From the IMG/VR virus record IMGVR_UViG_3300032053_000035: a DNA stretch of 64,000 nucleotides; one strand, written 5' to 3'. The stretch is from an uncultured virus (IMG/VR IMGVR_UViG_3300032053_000035) (lineage: Duplodnaviria > Heunggongvirae > Uroviricota > Caudoviricetes). A program made the position numbers and the translations under genes. The notes below the pieces were generated by a model. The model had not been told where the DNA came from and made no database searches. It saw only the letters and a list, made by a program, of their open reading frames with translations. This document shows, in pieces, positions 38,694-47,656 of this stretch. Position 1 is the stretch's first letter; each line of letters starts with the position of its first letter.

Positions 38694-38939
38694 ATGAATA
38701 CGCTGGATCGCCTTAAAATCTTGTACGCCGAACGCTACCTGGAACATCTTGACATTGACTTGTGGAACGAAGCTATCGAAAGGGAGTGGACCAAAATCGT
38801 GGCTGTGGTAGAAGCAGCTAATCGCGTGGTAAAATCCGACATTGTAAGAGCTGCCTACTTTGCATCATATAGCGAGGCTTTGTTTGACCTGGGTGAAGCA
38901 TTGGCGACACTGACTGGCCAAAAGGCTATTTGGCCATAA
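38694..38939 (+). CDS. Hypothetical protein
   Basis: 81-aa ORF with AGGG RBS. Confidence 0.65.
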   Translation: MNTLDRLKILYAERYLEHLDIDLWNEAIEREWTKIVAVVEAANRVVKSDIVRAAYFASYSEALFDLGEALATLTGQKAIWP

Positions 38940-39036
38940 TCGTGGCAACAAGTAGATGGTTGGCAACAAAATTGTTGTGGTGAGCATAGGTTCGCTTTCT
39001 TACTTTTGCAATAGCTAACACTAAAGGTTGTCTAAC

Positions 39037-39480
39037 ATGAAAATAACGAAGGTGGCGTGCGTAAGCAACGTCACAGGCTACATTATTGGCATAGTCTTGC
39101 CTGGAATAACAACTGGTAAGTGCTACGACGCTACTATTAATGGGCGTTATTACGAGGTAAGAAATGATAATAACGAAATAGCCTTGTATAATGGTGACTT
39201 TTTCCAAGTCCTGGAAATTGATTTCTGCCAGAGCTTAGCTAATGCGAAAATGGATCTTGAGTCTGTAATAGCTTCGTGGGAAGTTACAAGGGAGTCAATG
39301 CTAAAACTGGTTGACATTGCCGAAACGGCGTGGACGGCAGCAGCTGCGGAAGAAGCTAGTTCTTATGACCGCCTTCTCTCTGCCCTTTGCTTACTTGATC
39401 AGGGCGACCGTCAGCGGAGAACGGCAGAGGACAGGTTAAAACAAATCAATGTGAAAATAAAGGAGAGAAAAGATGGTTGA
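39037..39480 (+). CDS. Hypothetical protein with C-terminal coiled-coil
   Basis: ORF overlapping the start of rmlC. Confidence 0.7.
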   Translation: MKITKVACVSNVTGYIIGIVLPGITTGKCYDATINGRYYEVRNDNNEIALYNGDFFQVLEIDFCQSLANAKMDLESVIASWEVTRESMLKLVDIAETAWTAAAAEEASSYDRLLSALCLLDQGDRQRRTAEDRLKQINVKIKERKDG

Positions 39481-39991
39481 CAAGGTGAACATTGACGAGA
39501 TTTCTGGCGCGTTCATGTTATCGAGGCCAACCTTTGCCGACGCCAGAGGGGAATTTTCTGAGCTATCCCGTACAGATTGGGATCTGCCGGAGTTTAAACA
39601 GACCAACATAGTGAAGAGTAATGCCATGGTGGCAAGGGGGCTGCATTACCAGGCCGAGGTGCCGCAGGGTAAGTTAGTCACATGTGTCAGCGGATCAATT
39701 ATAGATTTTGTATTAGACCTAAGGCCCTCTTCGCCCACACGTGGTACCTTGTACCACGTCCGCCTAAGACCTAACGGGCATAGCATTTATGTGCCAGAAG
39801 GGTGTGCTCATGGTTACGTCACGATGGAACCAGCCGTTGTGCATTATGCATGCACAGAGTTGTACGTCGGCGCATGGAACAGCGGGTACAATATGGCAGA
39901 TTTAATGCGGCGCAACAACATACCGTATATGTTAGCGTTACAATTTAGTAAGCAAGACGAGGGGTGGCCAAAGTATGATCAAAATGAATGA
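39473..39991 (+). CDS. rmlC: dTDP-4-dehydrorhamnose 3,5-epimerase
   Basis: DARGEFSE, RGLHYQ...QGKLV, DLRPSSPT and YVPEGCAHG. Confidence 0.92.
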   Translation: MVDKVNIDEISGAFMLSRPTFADARGEFSELSRTDWDLPEFKQTNIVKSNAMVARGLHYQAEVPQGKLVTCVSGSIIDFVLDLRPSSPTRGTLYHVRLRPNGHSIYVPEGCAHGYVTMEPAVVHYACTELYVGAWNSGYNMADLMRRNNIPYMLALQFSKQDEGWPKYDQNE

Positions 39992-40364
39992 GCTTTCTGG
40001 TGTCTGTGTGCTAGTGGTAGACGATTCGGAAGACCTAGCTGAACTAACCAGACATTGGTTTGCCAGCGTTGGTGCGAAAGTTGTAACAGTATCTTCTGGC
40101 GCGGAAGCGCTAGTGGCCGTAGCCTCTCAGCAATGTCACCTAATCGTTATGGACATTGGGATGCCATTCCTTGACGGTTTCGCAGCAGCCGAACAAGTTA
40201 GAGGACTTGGCTACCGCATGCCAATCATAGGGGTAACTGCAAGCGTTTTTGACGACAGCAGGTGGACACCAAACTTTGATGCCCATTTCTTAAAACCGGT
40301 TAATAAACAGTTATTGATTGCTGCTGCTCATGCTCTTACTCATAAAACCTTGCCGACTGCCTAG
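39975..40364 (+). CDS. Single-domain response regulator (CheY-like receiver)
   Basis: VLVVDD, MDIGMP.LDG (phospho-Asp), GVTA and LKP. Confidence 0.9.
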   Translation: MIKMNELSGVCVLVVDDSEDLAELTRHWFASVGAKVVTVSSGAEALVAVASQQCHLIVMDIGMPFLDGFAAAEQVRGLGYRMPIIGVTASVFDDSRWTPNFDAHFLKPVNKQLLIAAAHALTHKTLPTA

Positions 40365-40419
40365 CTAGCAGTCATGCAAATACTAAGTTGGCGGTGTTTG
40401 TGCCAACAAAAGGAGAGAT

Positions 40420-40914
40420 ATGCTCAAGAAAGCAGTTATTGTGTCGTTGCTAGGCGCTGGCACCGGAGCCATTGCCGGAGTTGTCTGGGTTTACACCAAA
40501 AGGGTGAAGTCTGACACGGTCAGCCCTGTGGGCGAACAGCCAAAGCCAAAACAAGAGGAAGGCCAACTTATTATTTCGCCATGGCAGTCGCTTGTTGAGG
40601 CCAAGAAGGAGGGAAAAACAGTTGCCAAAGCAAAAGATGGCGGCGGAGACGTGGAGGAGATGATCGAGGACCGAATGCTGGCTACTCTCAGAAACGATGC
40701 GGCAATTCAGGAAATTGCCGACGTGATTAATGTTGAATGTCATGGTCTGGAGTGTAGCGTAGCAGTAGAAGCTAAAAATCCTGAATACTCTGGCGTGCAA
40801 ATGGCTGTACTAAAGTTTGTCCAAGCTCATCCGGAGTATGGCACTAACTTTACTATCGACGAATCCAAGGACGATCCGAAAGTGACGCTGTTTACATTTT
40901 CGCGAAGCGAATAG
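40420..40914 (+). CDS. Membrane-anchored hypothetical protein
   Basis: N-terminal TM segment; ECxxxxC motif; AAGGAG RBS. Confidence 0.8.
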   Translation: MLKKAVIVSLLGAGTGAIAGVVWVYTKRVKSDTVSPVGEQPKPKQEEGQLIISPWQSLVEAKKEGKTVAKAKDGGGDVEEMIEDRMLATLRNDAAIQEIADVINVECHGLECSVAVEAKNPEYSGVQMAVLKFVQAHPEYGTNFTIDESKDDPKVTLFTFSRSE

Positions 40915-40920
40915 GTTGAC

Positions 40921-41155
40921 GGTTAGCGGCGGAGTCGAGTAGTGTTAAGCTATGTTTTGGTTGGTAAGGCGATGTGTTGGTGATGTGAGGTCGGGCGATG
41001 TAGCGTATCGGCGGGGTCAGGTCGAGTTGAGTAAGGTTCGCGGTAAGGTCAGGTATTATGTCGTAAGTGACAGTTTTGTGAGGTGCTGCGTGGTATGGTG
41101 CAGCAATGGTAAGGTCGGGCAATGTAGAGTTTTGTCTGGGTAGTATAGGGTAAGG
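40921..41155 (+). repeat. Degenerate 5-bp-periodic G/T-rich array (NNNGY)n
   Basis: ggagt cgagt agtgt taagc tatgt ... aaggt cgggc aatgt agagt tttgt: G-pyrimidine recurs every 5 nt with occasional phase slips. Confidence 0.8.
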
Positions 41156-41161
41156 AAATTT

Positions 41162-41374
41162 ATGAAGTTAGTTGTTTATTGTGCTGTCTTGTTTTCTACG
41201 TTGGCGTTTGCCGATATCGTGGTCAAACCAGACGGCACCATTACGTGTACTGGTGGCTGCACTGGAACGATTACGGGTTCGACCATTACTATGTGCCAAG
41301 GAAGCACGTGTGTAACGATGTCAACTAACCCGCCGCCAAAGCAAATACAGAAGCCGCCGAAAGACGATTTGTAG
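41162..41374 (+). CDS. Small secreted Cys/Thr-rich protein
   Basis: Signal peptide ending in AFA; four Cys in the mature part. Confidence 0.75.
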   Translation: MKLVVYCAVLFSTLAFADIVVKPDGTITCTGGCTGTITGSTITMCQGSTCVTMSTNPPPKQIQKPPKDDL

Positions 41375-41437
41375 TTGGTTTAGCCTAAGCGCGGTGGTTG
41401 CTAGCACGATGGCTCACAACTGTGGGCCGGTCAAATT

Positions 41438-41683
41438 ATGAGGGCAAAAATGCTTGAACCAAAAATTATTGAACTAAAAGCGATCTGTTGCCCTAGCTGC
41501 CACGCCTCTGAAAGCTGGACGGTTGGATTTGGCCCTGGTCTTCCAATTGGAGCTAATAGAATTATCCTTGATTGCAAGTGCGAATATCGGTTGAGTCTGC
41601 CATTTTATTATAATGATATGAATACAATGGCCTATTGCACGATGCCTCTAGAATACGATCTTACCAGAGATTTAAGAAACTGA
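41438..41683 (+). CDS. Small Cys-rich (zinc-ribbon-like) protein
   Basis: CPSC...CKC. Confidence 0.55.
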   Translation: MRAKMLEPKIIELKAICCPSCHASESWTVGFGPGLPIGANRIILDCKCEYRLSLPFYYNDMNTMAYCTMPLEYDLTRDLRN

Positions 41684-41745
41684 TATCGTCGCTCAGGCAT
41701 CAAACGAAGGGTTACCTTTATCTCTGAGCTACTTTAGGGGGTATT

Positions 41746-41904
41746 ATGGCTAAGGCAAAAGGTACATCGGATAGTGGTCCTCACAGAATCAGGTCTGGTC
41801 GGTCAAAGCGTACCGGGCAAGGCAACAGCACCAACACTAGATACACTAACAAGCACAAAAAGCGCAGTGCAGGGAAAACCAGGTATCGCGGCCAAGGCCG
41901 TTAA
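41746..41904 (+). CDS. Small basic protein (52 aa) ending YRGQGR
   Basis: Below the ORF-track cutoff. MAKAKGTSDSGPHRIRSGRSKRTGQGNSTNTRYTNKHKKRSAGKTRYRGQGR, with GGGGG RBS. Confidence 0.75.
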   Translation: MAKAKGTSDSGPHRIRSGRSKRTGQGNSTNTRYTNKHKKRSAGKTRYRGQGR

Positions 41905-41915
41905 ATGGAGAAGTT

Positions 41916-42128
41916 ATGACAGACAAGGTAATTGCTAAGCTTACGCCAACAGATGCACTGAAAAATTTAGGAGCGGCTGCGGCGGCGTTCAAAGGAGATC
42001 TTAAGGAGCATCAGGCTTTGCAAGAGTCCTTGCACATTGTTGAGGAGATAGTGAACGCCCACGTGCAGCAGCTAGGTGCGGTTCCGAAGAGCGACTTAGT
42101 AGCACCGGCCTCACCAGATCTTAACTAG
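41916..42128 (+). CDS. Hypothetical protein
   Basis: 70-aa ORF with GGAG RBS. Confidence 0.75.
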   Translation: MTDKVIAKLTPTDALKNLGAAAAAFKGDLKEHQALQESLHIVEEIVNAHVQQLGAVPKSDLVAPASPDLN

Positions 42129-42172
42129 ATTTGCCGATAAAAGGCCCTAGCACTTCTGCTGGTAGGGCTACT

Positions 42173-42574
42173 ATGGACCTAACAAGACTAGTCAAGCTTC
42201 TCAACCTGACCACTTCTGACAATGATCACGAGGCTTTGCTTGCTATAAGGCAAGCAAACCTGCTGGTCAATGGCAACTGGTCAGGCGTTATTGCTTATAG
42301 CAATAGCAACCCTGGTAGCAGCCAATATCAACAACCCAGACCTGAGCCTAGGCCACCAAAGCAAGAGCCCAAACGCCAAGAGAGCACTATCAACGGCGTA
42401 CCGGTCGGAAAAGTGTTGGAAATTATTTCGGCCAATATGGGAGCGCTTCACACCAATAACAAAAAATGGTTTCACATCATGAATGCAAGCTTTGTGACGC
42501 AGCAAGGTGTTATGACAGAACGGCAGCTAACGGTGCTAGCTGGTTTGTGGGAAGAAGTAATACGGCGCACCTAA
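42173..42574 (+). CDS. DUF2786-like N-terminal domain protein
   Basis: RLVKLLNLTTSDNDHEALLAIRQAN. Confidence 0.65.
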   Translation: MDLTRLVKLLNLTTSDNDHEALLAIRQANLLVNGNWSGVIAYSNSNPGSSQYQQPRPEPRPPKQEPKRQESTINGVPVGKVLEIISANMGALHTNNKKWFHIMNASFVTQQGVMTERQLTVLAGLWEEVIRRT

Positions 42575-42608
42575 CCATTTGACGAGGACATAAGCAAAAG
42601 GAGTGCGC

Positions 42609-42776
42609 ATGAGCTTTAAAAAAGGCGACGTCATCAGCTTCTGCGGACAAGAATTCAAAGTCCTAGAAGATTACGGAGACTCCGGCCTTGTCCAAGAGTA
42701 CCCAGACGGTGATAAGATCGATAACTTTCGTTGGTCTTTTGAAGGAGCTAATTGCATTTTAGTCAAAAGAGCGTAA
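42609..42776 (+). CDS. Hypothetical protein (55 aa)
   Basis: Hand-translated as MSFKKGDVISFCGQEFKVLEDYGDSGLVQEY...; AAGGAG RBS. Confidence 0.7.
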   Translation: MSFKKGDVISFCGQEFKVLEDYGDSGLVQEYPDGDKIDNFRWSFEGANCILVKRA

Positions 42777-42822
42777 GTGTCAGAAACCTAAACGATTTAG
42801 GAACCATCATGAGCATAGTTAC

Positions 42823-43083
42823 ATGACAGCAGAAAAAGAAAGCGCAGTTAAGAAGAGATCTGCCAAGCGTAAAGCCTACCGTCAGGCGAACAAGGAAAAA
42901 ATAGCCACCGTGAACAGAGCTTACAACGAGGCGAACAAGGATAAGATAGCTGCCGAAAAGAGAGCCTACCGTCAGGCGAACAGAGAGAAAATGGTTGCAT
43001 ACCAAAAAGCCTACCGTCAGGCGAACAGAGAGAAAATGGTTGCATACCAAAAAGCCTACCGTCAGGCGAACAGGAAAAGATAG
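42823..43083 (+). repeat. 45-bp tandem repeat encoding KAYRQANREKMVAYQ-type units; probable truncated endonuclease-associated repeat protein
   Basis: About 4.5 units of 15 aa; the last unit has lost bases and stops early. Confidence 0.75.
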
Positions 43084-43113
43084 ATATCGGCTCGGTGATA
43101 ATTGGCATGACTA

Positions 43114-43896
43114 CTATCCGTAGGGAACCATTTTTGCACCTTTCGCAACATCTTCTATGGCTGGGAGGCGGCCAACCCTGAGTGAATTAAGTCTTATCAT
43201 CAGGTTTGTCTCTGCCGAGAAGTTGTCTAGCTTCTCTTTTGTCCATTTCTTAAGGCTTTTCCTGAGTTTACTGGCACTGGTTTCGGCCTCCATAGCCTCT
43301 ATATTTTTGTACGCTTCGATTAGGCGCTTGGTATTGTCTTCGTCAATTTGTTGCTGTGCTAGCTTGGCCCTTAGTACGTTAAGCCTTGCTAGGAAATCAT
43401 CATCATATGGCAGCTTCTGTAGGCGCTTAGCAGTCCACTTCCTAACTCCATTTTTGAATTTACCTGGGTTTGTCTCAGCCTCTAAGGCTTCCAAGGATCT
43501 TAGGGCGTCTCTCAGTTTCCTAGTGATGTTCTCGGCGCTAGTTTTTTGGTCGTGGCAGGCTAAGCATAGTTTTTGAAGTTCTGCCTTGCTTTGCACAAAC
43601 GTTCTGGCATAATAGGTGTTGAAATCAACAAATCCAACCTCTGGGTCCACAACTGGCACTATGTGGTCAATAGCCACTTTGCCGCGTTTCCACTTGCCAC
43701 AGCAAGCGCAGAGGTGCTCAGCGGCGTCTATCTTGTGTCTTTCGCCATTTTTGAGGTATTGAGGAACCTTACGAAAGTTTTCCTCTCTAGTCATGGTTAT
43801 GACTAGCGGGGAACGGGAGAAAGCGCGACGGATGGCGTTTCTTACTGATCCTTCCGGGTTGTAGGCGCCTTTCTTTTTTTTCTTATCAGTTGTCAT
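43114..43896 (-). CDS. HNH endonuclease with duplicated C-terminal helical module
   Basis: CACCG...IDHIVP...LQKLCLACHDQKT; two copies of EA.EAET...K.....KWT...L...RLN.LR. Confidence 0.85.
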   Translation of the reverse strand: MTTDKKKKKGAYNPEGSVRNAIRRAFSRSPLVITMTREENFRKVPQYLKNGERHKIDAAEHLCACCGKWKRGKVAIDHIVPVVDPEVGFVDFNTYYARTFVQSKAELQKLCLACHDQKTSAENITRKLRDALRSLEALEAETNPGKFKNGVRKWTAKRLQKLPYDDDFLARLNVLRAKLAQQQIDEDNTKRLIEAYKNIEAMEAETSASKLRKSLKKWTKEKLDNFSAETNLMIRLNSLRVGRLPAIEDVAKGAKMVPYG

Positions 43897-44150
43897 ACTT
43901 TGGTTTTTCTTATTGTTAGTTCGCTATTGGCCAAAAAGGCGACGATTTCGCCCTTCCTGGTTACCAGGCACTCGTCCACATCAAACCTAGTCATGTACTT
44001 AATTTCGTGCCTCAGACGCTCATAGGCCACCTCTGGCAATTCCAGCGAGGTCGGGGAACAACCAGTTTCTTGCTGCATTCTCATAATAAACGAATGTAAT
44101 GCGTCCACTATCATTGGTTGTTCATCCCTACGCTTGCGCTGTACTAGCAT
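43893..44150 (-). CDS. Hypothetical protein
   Basis: 85-aa ORF coupled to the HNH gene by an ATGA overlap. Confidence 0.7.
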   Translation of the reverse strand: MLVQRKRRDEQPMIVDALHSFIMRMQQETGCSPTSLELPEVAYERLRHEIKYMTRFDVDECLVTRKGEIVAFLANSELTIRKTKV

Positions 44151-44159
44151 TTTGCTACC

Positions 44160-45797
44160 TCAAGGGAAAATTTTAGTAGTCTGCAAAGTGTTCAGATTGG
44201 TAACTTCCACATTCCACACAGAGCTATCGGTCGCTCTTATGTAGATGGTGGTTTCCAGCAGTCCTGGCCCAGGTGGCTCAATTACTTGTATTTCTCCAAG
44301 ATTTGTGATGCCAAACGACACAATGGTTAGGTCGGCTCTGGCATGCAAAAAGCTGGAAATCGGCCCTACTGCACCAGATACGGCCACCAAAGTGCCTGTG
44401 ATAGCATTAACATAAACATTCCATAAGGTTAGGTCCGGTGATTGCAACACCCAAGGTATGGCTTCCTGGTAATATCCGGAGACCAAGAAATTTGTTATTA
44501 CGTCAAAATCCATTACTTCGTTGACGACAAGTTGCGTGTAGTACCCTGGATAAATACAATCTGGGCCGACGTACGACGTAGATGGCTGTATGAACGTGTC
44601 TAGCCCGTGTAGGTATGGCCAGTCTTGTTCAAATCTGCCAGACAAAGACAGTCCGACCCAGCCATCAGTGAACAGATCGGTGTCGTCAGTATCAAATGGG
44701 TGATTGGTATCAAATTCGACCTGCATATCAAGTGGGCCGCGTTGGTTACCCAGCATTGCTGAGGAATCGACAAAAAGGTCAAACGTATAAGACGCAGCAC
44801 ACAAGGCTATTGTGGTGTCAATCATCATCGAGGCGGTTACCAAGATAGACTTAAAACATTCAGACTGCGCAAGAGACGTAAGAAAGGCAGTCCCAGAGGC
44901 ATCAAAATCAAACAAGTGCTGCTGAACTTCGCCCTGGTACGAAATAACCACTTCCCGCTCGGTTACCTTCAGCAAGTCATACAAGTCAGGCTGATTAGCT
45001 ACGTACTTAAGAAATGCCAGCCACGAAGCTATTCCGACATTCGGTATCCAAACATGGGCCTCCCTACCGCTGTATTGAGAGGCAGCATTGGTCCAAGGGT
45101 CTAATGCTGGGAATAAGTCAGTGGTAATTTTGTCCATAGTGGCCATGGCTGGTGTACCAAGGGTTAACGCCTTAGTGAGGTCAATTACGCCACCAGCTTT
45201 TCCTACTTCATGAATTAGCCCTCTGGTAGCCAGCCTAGTTGCTAAGATTCGCAAACTCTGAAGATCTGGCAAAAGGTTTTGGAAGCTGATGAACGGCTCA
45301 ATTAACCGAGTAGCTAGCTTGGACGATGTGGCTTGCACCAGCTCATCTACCACTTTTGAGGAATTCTCGTACAAGACTCTTGCAAACGCTTCCCAAAGGG
45401 CAACGATTGTAGTGGCTCTGACCGTTACGTAAGTAACGTCTTCTTCTCTCCCAATGACCGAAACGGTTATCCTGTTTTCTCCGCGACCAAGTCGCACGCC
45501 AATAGACGTTGTTGGTGTCGATGGTACAAAGGTGGTAGTTAGCGACGTGTTCCTAGGGTCGGCGTTTGCAACAGGCACCAGCACCGTTGTTACCTGAATC
45601 TCTATAGGCTCGCCAATACGATTTGTTTCTATTTTTAGCATGGTCGGCGATGACGAGAATGGTACAATTGTGCCACTCAGCTGGTAAAATGGACCCTCCG
45701 GAGCGGCCCAAGGCGCATTGCCCCCTTGCATGGACTCTATGATCGGTGCATAAATAGTCGCTTGGACTGATGCTTTTATCACGGTTGGCTCCGCCAA
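44160..45797 (-). CDS. Putative baseplate wedge protein
   Basis: 545 aa, directly downstream of the baseplate J-like gene. Confidence 0.6.
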   Translation of the reverse strand: MAEPTVIKASVQATIYAPIIESMQGGNAPWAAPEGPFYQLSGTIVPFSSSPTMLKIETNRIGEPIEIQVTTVLVPVANADPRNTSLTTTFVPSTPTTSIGVRLGRGENRITVSVIGREEDVTYVTVRATTIVALWEAFARVLYENSSKVVDELVQATSSKLATRLIEPFISFQNLLPDLQSLRILATRLATRGLIHEVGKAGGVIDLTKALTLGTPAMATMDKITTDLFPALDPWTNAASQYSGREAHVWIPNVGIASWLAFLKYVANQPDLYDLLKVTEREVVISYQGEVQQHLFDFDASGTAFLTSLAQSECFKSILVTASMMIDTTIALCAASYTFDLFVDSSAMLGNQRGPLDMQVEFDTNHPFDTDDTDLFTDGWVGLSLSGRFEQDWPYLHGLDTFIQPSTSYVGPDCIYPGYYTQLVVNEVMDFDVITNFLVSGYYQEAIPWVLQSPDLTLWNVYVNAITGTLVAVSGAVGPISSFLHARADLTIVSFGITNLGEIQVIEPPGPGLLETTIYIRATDSSVWNVEVTNLNTLQTTKIFP

Positions 45798-45800
45798 GTT

Positions 45801-47201
45801 TTACTTAATTACTCTTATTGACACATAGTCAGCGGAATACACCGACGTTTCGTTCCTAGCAAACTCCATAGGCTCTATTTGTTGCAGCGACCCTGTGGCG
45901 CGTCTGAACTCGGTCAGCTTGAAGCTAAGCACTCCGGACACCTTGGTAGCCACGTCTTGCCTTACTGTTTCTGGGTAGACAATCTCGGTGAATGCCGTAA
46001 AGGTAAAGTACGCAGCCAAATAGTTAATAACATTTTGCTCCACTTCGTCAGGCGAGTACGATGCCAGCGCCTGAACCTCGCCGGTAATCTTAGGATTTAC
46101 CACGAAGGCGGCTCGCGATAGCATATCGGTGTTAAACAGGTAAGTCTCGCCATCAAGGAACACCTGATTTTGCACTTGGTTAAGTATGTCGTTATACGAG
46201 TACTCAATATACACAATATCGCCAGCCATCAATGGCGTGTCTAGCACCACTAAGTCAGTAGCCTTTATCGAGCTACCATATTCACTTGAGGTGTCCTTAA
46301 CCAAGGAGTAGCCTACGGCACCAGATATACCGTTAACAGTCAGAACGCTGATGGCAGTGGCTGGCACTTCGTCTAGTGTGATGACGGTTTGCCCAGAAAT
46401 GGCAATGATGGTCTGATTTGCCGTTTTTGGTATTGATCCTATTACATAAATGTCTAACGCTGGCCCAGCAATTAGCCTAGTGAATTCCTGCTCAAAAGGC
46501 TGTACTATTGCCACGTCCAATACTGTTTCCGGAAGGGCGTTCATTATGGAGTTGGACAGTCCACCTGGAGAGCCAAGGTTAATGCCAAGTAACGATTGTT
46601 TAAGACGGTTAGATTGCGAAGTAATAGACTCGGAGTCTAACCCTCCCTGACTCTTCACTCGGTTTTCGGTAGAGTCTATGCCAATAACTGGCGTAGTAAT
46701 AGTCTGCACTCTGTATTTTGGCAGATTGTAGGCGGTGCCAGAACCTGTTGCTTGCACCAGTATGCCTATTTCGTAAGTACTTCGCGACGGGTTGTAGAAC
46801 GACGCAGCCGACGCCACCGTGATCGTGCCTGGCGAAATAACTGTGTAAACTAAGTCGCCAGTGCTGTTTGAAACCAAGGTCCCAGCGGGAATGGTGATAT
46901 CAGCTGTTGGTTTTGTGAAGCGCATGAAGTATTGAACATGTTGGGCGTACGTGCCAGCGCCTGGCGTGCTGCCGTAATTGGCCAAACTAGCCCTGATTTC
47001 GTCATCGGTAGCTGCTTGGTCGAATTGCAAGGTGAACAAGGTTCGCAACGAGTCCGTTTCTTGTTCGACGATCGCAAGTTGTCCGGCCTGCGGCCTCGTC
47101 ATGACGTCCGCAATTGGACCTTGCTCCGTGTCTAGCGTGTTGTCCGACTGTTCTATTGAGCTTCTCAGTTCCTGTTCTATATCTGCTGCCGACCTAGCCA
47201 T
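45801..47201 (-). CDS. Baseplate J-like protein
   Basis: ITIPAGTLV, VQATGSGTAYN and GGLDSES motifs. Confidence 0.85.
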   Translation of the reverse strand: MARSAADIEQELRSSIEQSDNTLDTEQGPIADVMTRPQAGQLAIVEQETDSLRTLFTLQFDQAATDDEIRASLANYGSTPGAGTYAQHVQYFMRFTKPTADITIPAGTLVSNSTGDLVYTVISPGTITVASAASFYNPSRSTYEIGILVQATGSGTAYNLPKYRVQTITTPVIGIDSTENRVKSQGGLDSESITSQSNRLKQSLLGINLGSPGGLSNSIMNALPETVLDVAIVQPFEQEFTRLIAGPALDIYVIGSIPKTANQTIIAISGQTVITLDEVPATAISVLTVNGISGAVGYSLVKDTSSEYGSSIKATDLVVLDTPLMAGDIVYIEYSYNDILNQVQNQVFLDGETYLFNTDMLSRAAFVVNPKITGEVQALASYSPDEVEQNVINYLAAYFTFTAFTEIVYPETVRQDVATKVSGVLSFKLTEFRRATGSLQQIEPMEFARNETSVYSADYVSIRVIK

Positions 47202-47215
47202 GTTTAATCCTTCAG

Positions 47216-47656
47216 TTAGATGCTAACAAAACCCTCAGACCCGTTTACCTGCCTAAGCGACGTTGGCTTAAGATTTATTGTGTTAACGACACTGGCCACT
47301 TCTCCGCTGGCAAACAAAATTTCGGCGAGGAAAACCAAGGTGGTTAGCCCCACTATGCGAGTTCTAACCTGCAGCACTCTCACTATCATACCCTGGCCGT
47401 CCGTCGTATTTTGCTTGGCTATCAGTCTATTAATGGCCTCGGTTATCTGGGTGACAGCCATAGACTCAGACACCGACCCTGGCGTGCCTAAGGCAGTGGT
47501 TAGCAGTTCATTGCCTTCGAAGAAGAACGAGTTAAACACGCACAGTAAGTGCCTAGCAACGTCCTGGCCGCCTTTCTCAATGTCGTCAACGATTTCTAGT
47601 ACTCCAGTGCCGCTGCCTGACACCATGTCGCCATCAGAGATTCTTAGAGTTTTCAT
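47216..47656 (-). CDS. gp25/GPW-like baseplate protein
   Basis: L.ISDGD...L.IV....K..Q...L...GNEL pattern, upstream of baseplate J. Confidence 0.6.
   Translation of the reverse strand: MKTLRISDGDMVSGSGTGVLEIVDDIEKGGQDVARHLLCVFNSFFFEGNELLTTALGTPGSVSESMAVTQITEAINRLIAKQNTTDGQGMIVRVLQVRTRIVGLTTLVFLAEILFASGEVASVVNTINLKPTSLRQVNGSEGFVSI

Noticed and set aside
42110..42140. GCCGATAA as a third sigma28 promoter
   Set aside because: The -10 is perfect, but there is no TAAA at the expected -35 spacing.
42872..43078. CRISPR-like array
   Set aside because: The period is 45 bp (15 codons), the intervening segments are similar or identical, and the repeat is in frame, so it is a coding repeat.
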